Virus record (IMG/VR): IMGVR_UViG_3300037504_000618
Span: 1 to 64,000 of that record
Length of the DNA: 64,000 bases
Source of the DNA: a virus
Strand: one strand, 5' to 3'
Shown one piece after another: positions 53,213 to 63,648 of this stretch (position 1 is the first letter of the stretch; every line of letters begins with the position of its first letter). Made by a program: the position numbers and the translations under genes. The notes beneath the pieces were generated by a model that saw only the letters and a list, made by a program, of their open reading frames with translations, did not search any database and was not told the DNA's origin.

Positions 53213-55330
53213 ATGGCCTTCTTAGATAATGCGCTGCGCTGGCTAGGGTTGCAGCGCGTCGCGGACGAGCCGCCTCAGATGCCCACGCCGCCGGTGGACG
53301 TCAATGAGCTGGAGCAAAAGCAGACGCTCACGACGGGACGGCGCAACGTCTCCCTGCTGCGCGCTGCGGCGGATAACGTGGACGTGATCCGCGCGGCTAT
53401 CAACGCCAAGAAGCGGCACGTCACGGCCCTGCGCTACGCCGTGAGCGGCCCGGACGACGACGTGGCGCAGGACCTCACGCGGTTGCTGGCCAAGCCGGTG
53501 CCGGGGATGACCTGGCGGCAATGGCTTGGGCTGGTCCTGGAAGATGTGTTGGTCCTGGACGCGGGCGCGGTGTACGTCTGGCGCACGCGGGGCGGGGGGC
53601 TTTATGGCCTGCTGCCGATTGACGGGAGTACGATCCGGCCCGTGAGCGCGGGGTTGATCCCGCAGCCGCCGGAGATTGCGTATGAGCAGTATATCGCCGG
53701 GGGAAAGGTGGCGGCGCTGACCACGGAAGAGTTGCTCTACGCGGTGATGAATCCGCGCACGCACACGCGCTATGGTTTTTCGCCCACCGAAGCGGTGTTA
53801 CACACGGCCAGTATCGCGCTGCGGCGGATGGACGGCTTCGCCGATGAGCTGGATGACAGCAACGTGCCGGCCTTCTTCGGGGAGGTTCCCGAAGGCTGGC
53901 AGCCCAACCAGATCGAGGAATGGCAGACGTACTGGGACGCGCTGACGAAGAACAAACCACACCGGGGCGTGTGGGGACCGGCAGGGTCCAACGTAGCATT
54001 TCCGCCCCGGGTGAATGTGGATACTGATTTTGACCTGTGGCTGGTGCAGTTGATCCTGGCCATCTTCGAGGTGCAGCCCCAGGAGCTCGGCTTGACGGCG
54101 GACGTGAACCGGGCCACGGGTGAGGTCCAAGAGACGATCACGCAACGGCGCAGCGTGCGCCCGCTGGCGATGTTGATCAAGGAGATGATCGACGACGCCT
54201 TCAGTGTGACCGGCTACGCGGACTATGAACTCCTCTGGCCGGAGCTGGAGGAGCGCAGCCGCGAGGAGATCCGCAGCGACGCGGAGAGCTTCGTGCCATT
54301 GGGCGTGATGCTGGTCAACGAGGTGCGCGAGGAACTGGCGCTTGAACCACTGGCGAAGGGGGACTTGCCTCAGCAAGCCCCGGCGTTGGACCGCCTACAG
54401 CGTGACCGCCCCAAGCGCAACTATGACGTGGACGTGCCGGGGCCGGACGATAATCCGACGCTGATGCGCCTGCAGGATGCGCTGCGGCAGGCGTTCCTGG
54501 ATGCGGGGACGCGGGTCAAACTGCAAACGCTTCTCGACGAGGTGCGCGAGGCGGTGAACGCGGGGGAGACGGTCGGCGATAACTTGATCCAGGCCATCGC
54601 GACGCTGATCGGGGAGGCGCACGCCGAGGAGCTGCGCCGGTTGATCCCGCTCCTGGCCGATATGGCCGGGGTAGGGGCGGAGGCCGTGGGCGAGGTGTTC
54701 AACGCGGCGGTCAACATCGAATTGGATTGGGGGTTGGCGAACGCGGCAGCGGCGGAATGGGCGCGGGAGTATGGCTACGAGCTGATCAAAGGCCTGGGCC
54801 AGACCACGCGCGACGAGATCGCGGCGGCCATGGGGACGTGGGTGGAGGCGCAAGAGACTTACCCTGACCTGGTGCGACGCTTGGAGGAGATCCTGGGCGA
54901 CCCCCGGCGCGCGGACCTGGTGGCCAGTACAGAGGCCACGCGCGTCTACGCGGAGGGCAACAAGGCTGCCTGGGCGCAGGTGGAGACGGAGCTGGGCGTG
55001 CAGACGGTGATGGTCTGGCATACAGCGGCGGATGATCTCGTGTGCCCGATCTGTCAGCCGTTGAACGGGAAGACGGCCCCTCTGGGAGAAAATTTTCCGG
55101 GCGGGATCAAGTCGCCCCCGGCGCATCCACGCTGCCGCTGCTGGCTGACGGCGAAGGTGATCTTCCCCACACAGCGGGTACGGCGGCGGCGGTCGCCCTT
55201 TACGCAGGCGGCGATCTTCGCAACGCTGATGCGCGGCGGCTTGCGGGTGACGGATTACGGGCAAGCGGTCCCCACCGTATGCGACTGTGGGCATACGCAC
55301 GACCACGCTCACGAGGTGGCGCATGAGTGA
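53213..55330 (+). CDS. Portal protein fused to MuF-like minor head domain
   Basis: HK97-type portal (LLPIDGSTIRP, YGFSPTE, VNEVREELALEPL), then RADLVASTEATR..CPIC..PPAHPRCRC. Confidence 0.88.
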   Translation: MAFLDNALRWLGLQRVADEPPQMPTPPVDVNELEQKQTLTTGRRNVSLLRAAADNVDVIRAAINAKKRHVTALRYAVSGPDDDVAQDLTRLLAKPVPGMTWRQWLGLVLEDVLVLDAGAVYVWRTRGGGLYGLLPIDGSTIRPVSAGLIPQPPEIAYEQYIAGGKVAALTTEELLYAVMNPRTHTRYGFSPTEAVLHTASIALRRMDGFADELDDSNVPAFFGEVPEGWQPNQIEEWQTYWDALTKNKPHRGVWGPAGSNVAFPPRVNVDTDFDLWLVQLILAIFEVQPQELGLTADVNRATGEVQETITQRRSVRPLAMLIKEMIDDAFSVTGYADYELLWPELEERSREEIRSDAESFVPLGVMLVNEVREELALEPLAKGDLPQQAPALDRLQRDRPKRNYDVDVPGPDDNPTLMRLQDALRQAFLDAGTRVKLQTLLDEVREAVNAGETVGDNLIQAIATLIGEAHAEELRRLIPLLADMAGVGAEAVGEVFNAAVNIELDWGLANAAAAEWAREYGYELIKGLGQTTRDEIAAAMGTWVEAQETYPDLVRRLEEILGDPRRADLVASTEATRVYAEGNKAAWAQVETELGVQTVMVWHTAADDLVCPICQPLNGKTAPLGENFPGGIKSPPAHPRCRCWLTAKVIFPTQRVRRRRSPFTQAAIFATLMRGGLRVTDYGQAVPTVCDCGHTHDHAHEVAHE

Positions 55331-55811
55331 GGATATTCGTGTGGAGATGGTGGGGCTGAGCGAGCTGGTGCGGCGGTATCAGAACGGGGATGTACGGGCA
55401 AGGCTGGGGTTGTATCGGGCGACCCAGAGCGCTTTAGAGCATCTGCGCACCAAGGTGGCGGATTATCCGAGCAAGCAATCGTCCGTCCCGCGTTCGATGC
55501 GGGGGAAGTGGTTCAAGTCCGAGCGGCAGCGGCGTTGGTTCTTCGCAGCGCTGCGCAATGGAGAGATCACGGTCCCCTACCGTCGGACGGGGACTCTGGG
55601 CCGCCGGTGGACGATTGATGTGCGCATGGCGGATGACGTGCTGGGCCTGATGGGGAACGCCACCCCGTATGCGCCCTACGTGCAGGACTTGGAGAACCAG
55701 GCGCGCATCCATCAGGGGAATTGGCAGACGGTGCAGCAGGTGGTCGAGGAAGAACGGGAAGCGGTAGTGGACTATTACGCTGAGGAAATTAAGACTTTAG
55801 TTTCACCATGA
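55323..55811 (+). CDS. Virion morphogenesis protein (HK97 gp10-like)
   Basis: YRRTGTLGRRW..GNATPYAPYV. Confidence 0.7.
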   Translation: MSEDIRVEMVGLSELVRRYQNGDVRARLGLYRATQSALEHLRTKVADYPSKQSSVPRSMRGKWFKSERQRRWFFAALRNGEITVPYRRTGTLGRRWTIDVRMADDVLGLMGNATPYAPYVQDLENQARIHQGNWQTVQQVVEEEREAVVDYYAEEIKTLVSP

Positions 55812-55815
55812 GGGG

Positions 55816-56166
55816 GTGGGTATGGCAGCAACAGAGTTGACGGTGCAGGATATGAGCCGGGATGGGCTGGAGGCGACGTACTCGGCGGCCAACGCCGACG
55901 GGCACGTAGTCGATAATCAGGCCGACCGGCGGATGTTTCTCCATGTAAAGAATGGAGATAGCGGCTCGCATACCGTGACGGTGGCGACGCCCAATACGGT
56001 GGACGGGCTGGCGATCACGGATTTGGCGGTCGCGGTCCCCGCAGGGGAGGACCGGTTCATCGGGCCGTTCCCGGCCCCGGTGTATAACACGTCGGGGCAG
56101 ATCACGGTCTCGTTTGACGCGGTGACCAGCGTCACGATTGCCGCGATCCGCCTGCCGAATAGCTAG
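55816..56166 (+). CDS. Small beta-rich virion protein
   Basis: Position in the head cluster and Thr/Val-rich composition. Confidence 0.55.
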   Translation: MGMAATELTVQDMSRDGLEATYSAANADGHVVDNQADRRMFLHVKNGDSGSHTVTVATPNTVDGLAITDLAVAVPAGEDRFIGPFPAPVYNTSGQITVSFDAVTSVTIAAIRLPNS

Positions 56167-56179
56167 AGGAGATTTGCCT

Positions 56180-57352
56180 ATGCCTTATGAGAGTTGGGAC
56201 GAAGTTAACGAGGCAATTCAGGGGATTGATCCCCCGGTCACGCTAGAGCAGGCCAACTTAATTGCAGAGTGGGCCGATGCGCTGGCAGATGAGGAGGACG
56301 GGCCGGAGAATCCCTGGGCGGTGGCGATTGCACAGTTTAAGGATTTGTACGAGGTGCAGGAGGGGGAATGGGTCAAGAAGGAAACTGAGGGAAGGTTGAA
56401 GAAGCGCGCTGTGCAATTGCAGCGCTTGACGCTCTACGGGCAGATTCAGCGCGTGGCGGATGAGGAACGGATGGTCTATGGGGTCGCCACCACGGAGACG
56501 CCCGTCGAGGACCTGCCGGGGCTGAACGTGACATTGACCTATGAGGCCACGCGGCGCGCAGCGTTGCAGTGGGCCGAGTGGGGCAATATCCGCGAGATGC
56601 ATCAGCCTAGCGCGGTGGGCGTGGCGCGGGAGATCACGCCGCGTGAGGATCAGCGCGATTTATTCATCGGGGCCTATATCTCCGATGATGGCGCGTGGCG
56701 GAAAGTGAAGGACGGGGTGTATCGCGGCTTCTCGATCAATGCCGATCCATTGACGTGGGAGGAGTCGCGGGATGATGAGGTGGTACGAGTAACGGAGTAT
56801 GAAATCATAGAGGTGAGCTTGGTTGATCGGCCCCACGATCCGCAGGCGCGGATCACGGTGTGGCGTAACAAGCCGCCCAGAGGAGATGAGCGAGTGAGTG
56901 CATTAGATGAAATGTGGAAGCAAGTTATGGGGGACGCCGAAGTCCCCGACGATCCAGCGGAGGCGCGCGCGATGCTGGCGGAGCAATTAGCGCCGGAAGA
57001 GGACGAGGAGCCGGAAGAGGGAGAGGCCGCGACCTCGGTCCCGGAGCCGGTGCCCGAAGTGGACGCGGAGCCGGAGACGGCCACCGAACCCCCGATGGAG
57101 CGCATCGCGCGCCTGGGGGGACGGGTAGACGGGCTGCGTGAGCAGATCCAGGCGTTGGAGGCGCGGATCGCGCGGCTGGAAGCGCAACCGGCAGCGGTGC
57201 CGGTGCAGGTAACCGGACCAAGCGAGCCGACGGTGGAGGAACAGATTGAGGAACTGGAACGTGCGGTAAAAGGCAAGGGCCTTCCGCCCGATAATCCAGA
57301 CGTGAAGCGGCTGTTGCGGTTGTATGCGCAGGCGCGCCAACAGGCCGGGTAA
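56180..57352 (+). CDS. Prohead protease / scaffold
   Basis: RMVYGVAT, NIREMHQ, AWRKVKDGVYRGFSI and EVSLVDRP, with an acidic coiled-coil tail. Confidence 0.85.
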   Translation: MPYESWDEVNEAIQGIDPPVTLEQANLIAEWADALADEEDGPENPWAVAIAQFKDLYEVQEGEWVKKETEGRLKKRAVQLQRLTLYGQIQRVADEERMVYGVATTETPVEDLPGLNVTLTYEATRRAALQWAEWGNIREMHQPSAVGVAREITPREDQRDLFIGAYISDDGAWRKVKDGVYRGFSINADPLTWEESRDDEVVRVTEYEIIEVSLVDRPHDPQARITVWRNKPPRGDERVSALDEMWKQVMGDAEVPDDPAEARAMLAEQLAPEEDEEPEEGEAATSVPEPVPEVDAEPETATEPPMERIARLGGRVDGLREQIQALEARIARLEAQPAAVPVQVTGPSEPTVEEQIEELERAVKGKGLPPDNPDVKRLLRLYAQARQQAG

Positions 57353-57383
57353 AACGGCCTTATATTTGGGGGAGGATTAGATT

Positions 57384-58367
57384 ATGAGTGGACAAGATTG
57401 GAATGCGTTATTTGGGGACGTTAATGCGCGGATTCAGCAACTCGAACGCGCGGTGACGACCTCGTCGGGGTTTCCGATTCGTGAGAACCTGCTGCCGGAG
57501 GCGCAAGTCGTCACACCGGCGGAGACTCCGGTTTTGAATCGGTTGGAGCGGATACCGGGATCGGGGAAGGCGGCAGCGTGGAAGGAGATCACATCGTTCG
57601 CCACTTTAGGGGCCGCCAATGTCTTTTATGCCGAAGGGGGCTCGCCCACCGAACGGACGACGACCTATAGCGAGAAGTCGGCTACCTACAAGCTGATGGG
57701 CAATGAGTTCGGCATCACCGGGCTGGCCCGGGCAGCGGGGGAGTCGCTAGGGGATGCGCTGGTGAATGAGCGGGAGAACGCCATTATCTCGCTGAAGTTG
57801 GATATCGAGAATGCGATCCTCAACGCGGACGGCACCGGCAACAGCTTCGAAGGGTTGGTCACGCAGACGGCTGCCGCGAACGGGGCCTACGTGGCTGACA
57901 TCGGCGGGGCGCTGGTGCTGGATGATCTCAACGACGCTTTAAAGGACTGTTGGGACGACGGGTATCAGATCACGTTTATGCTGTGCAATTCACTACAAGC
58001 CCAGCAGATCAACGATCTGGTGCTCAATGCGGGAACGCACTCGATCACGGTCTTGAGAGACCAGCAGGGGATGATGGCCGGGATGGGCCGCGTGACGCAC
58101 ATTATTGATCCCATTACGGGCTACCCGATAGAGTTAATCGCGCACCGCAACCTGGCGGCAGGGACGATCTTGGGTGTGCCGGAGAAGTTACCGGCCCCGG
58201 TCCCCGGTCGGCAGGGGCAGCGCGGCATTTGGTGGGACGAGCTGTTGGGGATCACGGAGATGGAGGTGGGCATCACGGCAGATGCAATGATGTACTACCT
58301 CAAGACTTATGCGACGTTGGTATACCCCGCGCGGCGTGGTGCGTTTAAGCTGACGGGGATCACGTAG
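57384..58367 (+). CDS. Major capsid protein
   Basis: Follows the protease, 327 aa. ETPVLNRL, DIENAILNAD..FEGL and terminal KLTGI. Confidence 0.85.
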   Translation: MSGQDWNALFGDVNARIQQLERAVTTSSGFPIRENLLPEAQVVTPAETPVLNRLERIPGSGKAAAWKEITSFATLGAANVFYAEGGSPTERTTTYSEKSATYKLMGNEFGITGLARAAGESLGDALVNERENAIISLKLDIENAILNADGTGNSFEGLVTQTAAANGAYVADIGGALVLDDLNDALKDCWDDGYQITFMLCNSLQAQQINDLVLNAGTHSITVLRDQQGMMAGMGRVTHIIDPITGYPIELIAHRNLAAGTILGVPEKLPAPVPGRQGQRGIWWDELLGITEMEVGITADAMMYYLKTYATLVYPARRGAFKLTGIT

Positions 58368-58403
58368 GTATTACATAGCACTGAATATTAGCAGGAGGTT
58401 GAT

Positions 58404-59066
58404 ATGAAGAGGCGAGTTTTAAGTGTGCTGACCGTGGCGGTGCTATTAGCCGCGTTGTTGGTCGGTTCGATAGGGGCAACCGGGCCGGGGGATCCTAACC
58501 CGGGGACGGTGTTGGGGATCGGGAGTTATACGTTGTACTCTCAGACGTTTGTGACCAATACCACCACGCTTTACGGTGGCAGTAGTTCAGGGGAGGCAAC
58601 GCGGTTTCAGAGCTTCAATGCGCTGGACGTGTTCGTGACCGGTGACATCAGCGGCACGCGCACGACCACAGTGACGATGCAGGTGAGCGCGGATGGTAGC
58701 AATTGGGTGGATGCATCGTATACCTACGTGGGGACGCCATTGAGCTATTCGTCCACCAGCACGAACACGCAAACGCTGAGCGATTCCTCGACGGTGACGG
58801 CGACCACGACCAGCACATCCACGGCGACGGTGACGGGGACCATGAGCACCAGCGGCACCTCGTCCGTTACCTCGACGGTGACGGCCAGCGGGACGCCCAC
58901 GGAATATGAGTCCGAGTATCAGATCGTGTTGAGCTCGGATAGCACCGACTATCTCCGTATGCCCGTGGTGGGGATGTACGTGCGGCCTAAGATAGAATTC
59001 AGCGGGACCGTGACACAGAACCAGGGAATCACGTTGACTATTAAGGCCGTCGCGCGGAATAATTAG
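58404..59066 (+). CDS. Signal-peptide-bearing Thr/Ser-rich protein
   Basis: MKRR plus a hydrophobic leader. AGGAGG RBS. Confidence 0.7.
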   Translation: MKRRVLSVLTVAVLLAALLVGSIGATGPGDPNPGTVLGIGSYTLYSQTFVTNTTTLYGGSSSGEATRFQSFNALDVFVTGDISGTRTTTVTMQVSADGSNWVDASYTYVGTPLSYSSTSTNTQTLSDSSTVTATTTSTSTATVTGTMSTSGTSSVTSTVTASGTPTEYESEYQIVLSSDSTDYLRMPVVGMYVRPKIEFSGTVTQNQGITLTIKAVARNN

Positions 59067-59135
59067 CGTGAGGCATAGTGAGCGCAGGCGGCAGCAGCGG
59101 GCGGCTGTCGCCCTGCGCTCCTGGAGGGGGATGCT

Positions 59136-59444
59136 ATGAGCGTAGCAACTGCGCGGATTTTGACGCGCGCGTTGGTGGTGAAGGGCTTTGAGTCCATCAC
59201 GGCCACCACCGGCGTGAAGACCTTGTCCCCGGCAAGCGGGACGGTGCAGGCGGTGTGTCAGGTGCAAGATGAGCCGATTCGCTTCCGGCTGGACGGCGCC
59301 GACCCGACCAGCGCGACGGGGCAAGAGGCGTTCGCCGGGGACGTGATCACGATTGACGGGCCTGACGATATCGCCGCGTTTGAGTTCATCCGGCACGCCG
59401 ACTCTTCCCCCAACGGGAAGCTGGTGTGCCATTACTACGGGTAG
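59136..59444 (+). CDS. Hypothetical virion protein
   Basis: GGAGG RBS. IRFRLDGADPT motif. Confidence 0.65.
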   Translation: MSVATARILTRALVVKGFESITATTGVKTLSPASGTVQAVCQVQDEPIRFRLDGADPTSATGQEAFAGDVITIDGPDDIAAFEFIRHADSSPNGKLVCHYYG

Positions 59445-59451
59445 GTGAGAT

Positions 59452-60024
59452 ATGAGCGTTGACGTGACACCGGGCTTAGGGGAGCTGCAAAAGCTGGATA
59501 AGAAGGCGACGGATGGATTGAATGGCGTCTATGGCAGCATCGCGCATACGGTGAATGAGATCGAGGAGCATCTGCACAGCCCGGCGCGTTGGTTGGGGAA
59601 GAGCGCGGATCAATCCGGTGACGATTGGGCAGCAGATAATCTGACACCATTCCAGGCGATCAGCGGGAACGGGGACTATGGCAGCGACGCCGACGATGAG
59701 GCCAAGGTTCTGGGGCCGGACGATACGCCCCTCTTCAGCGGCTCGGCCTACTTCGATATGCACCGGATGCTGGTCTCCGGCGCTTCGTCCACGTCGCCGT
59801 ATAAGCTGCGTATCATCTATGGCGCGGGGACCATGGCCGATGCAATCACGGCGGGGCAGTATAGCGAGGTGATGTTTACCGTCGTGGCTTCATCGCGACG
59901 CACGCCGATTGAACTACAGATGGCGCGCGTGGCCGTCGGCTCCAAGATGTGGGTGCAGGCGAAGAACGACACGGACGACGCGACGGTGTATTTCTTCGTC
60001 GAAGTCCATGAATACGAGGGCTAG
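59452..60024 (+). CDS. Hypothetical virion protein
   Basis: Position and RBS. Confidence 0.65.
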   Translation: MSVDVTPGLGELQKLDKKATDGLNGVYGSIAHTVNEIEEHLHSPARWLGKSADQSGDDWAADNLTPFQAISGNGDYGSDADDEAKVLGPDDTPLFSGSAYFDMHRMLVSGASSTSPYKLRIIYGAGTMADAITAGQYSEVMFTVVASSRRTPIELQMARVAVGSKMWVQAKNDTDDATVYFFVEVHEYEG

Positions 60025-60027
60025 CGG

Positions 60028-60561
60028 ATGGCTTATTGCACCGTAGCGGACGTGCAGGCGCGGATACGGAGCGCGTTTGATGATCGCGACCTGGAGAACG
60101 CTATCGAAGCCGCGACGACGCGCATTGAGAAGGAGACGGGGCGCGTCTTTGCGGCCAGCGCTAGCGAGAGCCGCACCTTTGAGGCGGTGCGGGACTACTT
60201 CTGCGCGATTGACGATCTACTAACGGTCTCCGCCGTCGTCTGGGAGGATGCGGAAGTAGATGAGGATTCGTATTCCTTCAAGCCGGGGGGCTCACGCACG
60301 CCGAAGTATGCGATTGTGAACGGGCCATGGCTGGAGGGCGACGAGGTGACCATCACGGGGACGTGGGGCTATGCGGAGAGTTGTCCCGCTGACATCCGTG
60401 ATGCTTGCGTTGAGTGGGTCGTGCGGGCGATCAAGCGCGCGGATCAGGGCTATCGGGATGCCTCCGCGATCCCCGAATTGGGGGAGCTGGTGTACTCGAA
60501 GGCGGTGCCGGCAGAGGTGCGCAGGGTCCTGGATCGCTATACCCGGTGGGTGCCATCATGA
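60028..60561 (+). CDS. Head-tail adaptor (gp6/gp15-like)
   Basis: MAYCTVADV..AATTRIEKETGRVF..WGYAESCPADIRDAC..VLDRY. Confidence 0.85.
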   Translation: MAYCTVADVQARIRSAFDDRDLENAIEAATTRIEKETGRVFAASASESRTFEAVRDYFCAIDDLLTVSAVVWEDAEVDEDSYSFKPGGSRTPKYAIVNGPWLEGDEVTITGTWGYAESCPADIRDACVEWVVRAIKRADQGYRDASAIPELGELVYSKAVPAEVRRVLDRYTRWVPS

Positions 60562-60708
60562 TCATTAAGCTCGAACGACGGCGGGGTTTGCGCCTGGCAT
60601 GGGCCTTATTGTCGCGTAGCGTGCCGGCCTGTTATGTGATTTTTCGTTCTGCTGGTCGTGGAAGATGGGAGTCTTTAGTCTCTGCTTTGCGGCTCGCGGT
60701 GGCGGTCT

Positions 60709-61143
60709 ATGAGTGAGATTATCGCGGATGCTATCGCGCGCACGCTGCGTCTGGACGAGGACATCGCGCACGTGTTCGCCGATCCCCCGGAGGGGGTGCA
60801 CGACTTCCCCACGGCCATTGTCCTGGAGACAAGCGGGGATACCAACCGCGCGGGATATCGCGGGCTGTGGGAGATTGAGAGCGAGACGCGCGTGTGGCTA
60901 TTGGTGGAGACGCGGCGCGACTTGGAGCCGAACGTGAACGTCACGCGGCCTTGGGAGTTCCGCCTACTGAATCTGTTCGCGGAGAACGACACGTTCTGCG
61001 ACGAAGACGGCACGATCTTCGGGGAGATCACGCGGCTACGCTTCAGGACCGGGCAGCTCACCTATGGTGACATCAATCACCTGGGGGTGGAGCTGACGAT
61101 CAACGCGCGGGTGGATATTCAGGTGGCGGTGGGGTGTAGCTGA
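60709..61143 (+). CDS. Putative tail terminator/completion protein
   Basis: Position and FPTAIV motif. Confidence 0.55.
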   Translation: MSEIIADAIARTLRLDEDIAHVFADPPEGVHDFPTAIVLETSGDTNRAGYRGLWEIESETRVWLLVETRRDLEPNVNVTRPWEFRLLNLFAENDTFCDEDGTIFGEITRLRFRTGQLTYGDINHLGVELTINARVDIQVAVGCS

Positions 61144-62690
61144 TGGGCCTACGCAAGAGCGGGACGAACGCCTTGATCCGGCTGACTGCCCCTGACGGCA
61201 GTTACATCGACTTGAGCGGGGTAGCCTTGGACGGGCGCAGCCGGGCGAACAACTTCGCTTTTGAGATCGGGGCCAACGTCCTGGAGGCCGTGGGCTACAA
61301 CGAGGACTGGGTTGAGCACGTGCCGGCCGGGTCCTCGTTCTGGAAGGCGGCGGTCAGCGTCTTCTATAACGCGGCGGCAGACGAGGTGGAGGAATTCCTC
61401 AACGCCATGCACGTGGCGCAGCACGCGGTGGCGGATTGCGCGGACGCGGGGGTGTATACGCTGCGCATTATGCCGGAGGGCGATTGCGAGGGCGTGACGG
61501 ATTGGCGGGGGGAGCACGCGGTGCTGCTGACGCGCACAGTGCACGCGCTGCCCCACGAGCTGCTGATGATCGAGGCGGCCTTCGGCGGGTGGATCTTCCG
61601 GCAGGAGGATGCGGAGGTGGGCATGCTGGTAGCCACGACGGCCTCCGGGCTGTATTATGCGCAGTCCTTCACGTTTGATGACAGCGACCCGACGTGGTCG
61701 CCGTTGGGCCAGGCGCTGCCGATCTCGCAGATCTCGTATGACAAAAGCGCGCCCGCCGCGCGGCAGGTGTGCCGTTCCGGGGGGAGTGTATGGCTGCGCC
61801 GTCCGGCGGTGAGCGGGGATAACTGGATCCAGATCTTGACCGGGGCGGAGGCGCAGTCGCTGATCGGCGACGCCGACAATGGGGAATTCACTTGGGCGGA
61901 ATATAACACGGTCAAGCAGCATATCTACGCGTTGTGGAACTATAGCCTTACGGCGGGCGGGATCTGGTTTCTGAAAAGCACGGATTGGGGGGCGTCATGG
62001 ACGGCGGTCAACGTCTACAGCAATATCTTCAATTACGAGGGCGGCAATATCGCCGTTGGGTTGCAGACGGGGAATGTGGTGTACGTGACGGCGCAGACGG
62101 AATCCGGCGGCAAGGGGACGGTCTGGGTGAGCGAGGACGCGGGGGACTCGTTTACGCTGGCTTACCGAGATTATGGGGGCGGTTGGACGCCCTATTTGTT
62201 CGTCGATCCGGCGGATGAGGACACGGCATATTTGGGCATCCACTTGGGCGTATTTGAGGAGTACGAATTGTGGAAATGCACGTTGCCGGGCTTTAGTTGT
62301 ACGGAAATAGACGGCGACCTGCACGCGGGGACCCTGCTCATCGGCTTCTCCAGTGCGGGGTGGATCAGCCCGGAGGATAGCCAGATCATCCGCACGACGC
62401 GCAACGGAGCGTTGTTCGCGGGGGATGCGGGGGTGATCACGGCGCGGCGTGAGCTGAACGTGTTCGAGGTGCGCGCGCTGGCGGGGTGGCACCCGCACGA
62501 TTTGGTATACGGAACGTACATTGAGGCGGCGGTGGACAATCCCCATCTGGTCTTTGCGACCCCCGACGATGGGGTGACGATCTATAACAAGGGGGGCGCG
62601 AATGCAAATCAGGCGGACGGGGGCGGGGATAGTATTCCCTATACCGCACGCCGGGTTTCTCAGAATGGCATTGCCATTATCGAAAGTTAG
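61143..62690 (+). CDS. Tail-tube-like domain fused to an Asp-box beta-propeller
   Basis: First ~150 aa are paralogous to 62702-63181. KSTDWGASW, VSEDAGDSF and TPDDGVT Asp-boxes. Confidence 0.7.
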   Translation: MGLRKSGTNALIRLTAPDGSYIDLSGVALDGRSRANNFAFEIGANVLEAVGYNEDWVEHVPAGSSFWKAAVSVFYNAAADEVEEFLNAMHVAQHAVADCADAGVYTLRIMPEGDCEGVTDWRGEHAVLLTRTVHALPHELLMIEAAFGGWIFRQEDAEVGMLVATTASGLYYAQSFTFDDSDPTWSPLGQALPISQISYDKSAPAARQVCRSGGSVWLRRPAVSGDNWIQILTGAEAQSLIGDADNGEFTWAEYNTVKQHIYALWNYSLTAGGIWFLKSTDWGASWTAVNVYSNIFNYEGGNIAVGLQTGNVVYVTAQTESGGKGTVWVSEDAGDSFTLAYRDYGGGWTPYLFVDPADEDTAYLGIHLGVFEEYELWKCTLPGFSCTEIDGDLHAGTLLIGFSSAGWISPEDSQIIRTTRNGALFAGDAGVITARRELNVFEVRALAGWHPHDLVYGTYIEAAVDNPHLVFATPDDGVTIYNKGGANANQADGGGDSIPYTARRVSQNGIAIIES

Positions 62691-62701
62691 GGAGGTCAAT
62701 C

Positions 62702-63181
62702 ATGGGTTTACGGGTAAGCGGTAAGAAAGCGCTGATTCAGTTGCAGCGCGGGAGCGGGACGGAGTTTGACATCAGCGGCGCGGACACCGATGGACGGGGA
62801 CGCGCCAACGATTTCCAGTTCGAGATCAGCGGCAACGTCGTGGACGCCGTCGGCTACAACGAGGATTGGACGGAGGACGTGCCCACGGGCCAGAGCAACG
62901 TCACCGGCAGCATGACGGTGTTCTACAACGCGGCGGCAGACGAGGTGGAGGAATATCTCTGGACGATGTGGGACGAGGAACATGCGACGGCGGATTGTAC
63001 CGACGTGCAGGAATATACGATGTATATCATGCCAGAGGGTAACTGCGCGGGAAAGACCAAGTGGACGATCTCCAACGTGATCTTGCGCACGCTGACGTTC
63101 CCGATCCAACACCAGGAGGTCTTGGTGATTCAGTTCACGTGGGGCGGTTGGCAGGTGAGTCGCGCGACGATTAGCGCTTAA
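62702..63181 (+). CDS. Major tail tube protein
   Basis: GGAGG RBS, 159 aa, beta-rich, just upstream of the chaperones. Confidence 0.75.
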   Translation: MGLRVSGKKALIQLQRGSGTEFDISGADTDGRGRANDFQFEISGNVVDAVGYNEDWTEDVPTGQSNVTGSMTVFYNAAADEVEEYLWTMWDEEHATADCTDVQEYTMYIMPEGNCAGKTKWTISNVILRTLTFPIQHQEVLVIQFTWGGWQVSRATISA

Positions 63182-63648
63182 TGTGGGAGGGGCTTATGCG
63201 GTGGATAGCTAAATCGCGGCTGGTGCGCCCGGACGGGACCGTTATTGAGCCGGGTGCGCCCCTACCCCCGATGCCGCAGAGCGCGATCAACGCGCTGCTG
63301 CGCGGGGGGCACATCGCGCAGGTGGTGGAGGAGGACGCCCCCTCTGTGAAGCTGGAGCACGTTGTAGCTTTCAATGTGGGGCCAACGGCCTCTGGCGTGA
63401 CGACGATACCGGGGATCGGGACGGAGCGCGCGGCAGATCTGGCCGCGATGGAGATTTACGCACTGCGGGATTTGGTGGCTGCGGATCCCGCCGTGATTGC
63501 AGAGCAGTTGGCTAAGGTAAATGTGGACATGGTGCGGGATTGGCAGGACTTTGCCCGCATGGAATTAGAAGGAGATGAGGATGGAGCAGAACGAGATCAA
63601 GCAAGCACCGAAGAAGAGAACGCGCCCTGTGCGCACTGCGGAGATTGA
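63181..63648 (+). CDS. Helix-hairpin-helix domain protein
   Basis: TTIPGIGTERAADL..DLVAADP. Start may be 63196. Confidence 0.65.
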   Translation: MWEGLMRWIAKSRLVRPDGTVIEPGAPLPPMPQSAINALLRGGHIAQVVEEDAPSVKLEHVVAFNVGPTASGVTTIPGIGTERAADLAAMEIYALRDLVAADPAVIAEQLAKVNVDMVRDWQDFARMELEGDEDGAERDQASTEEENAPCAHCGD

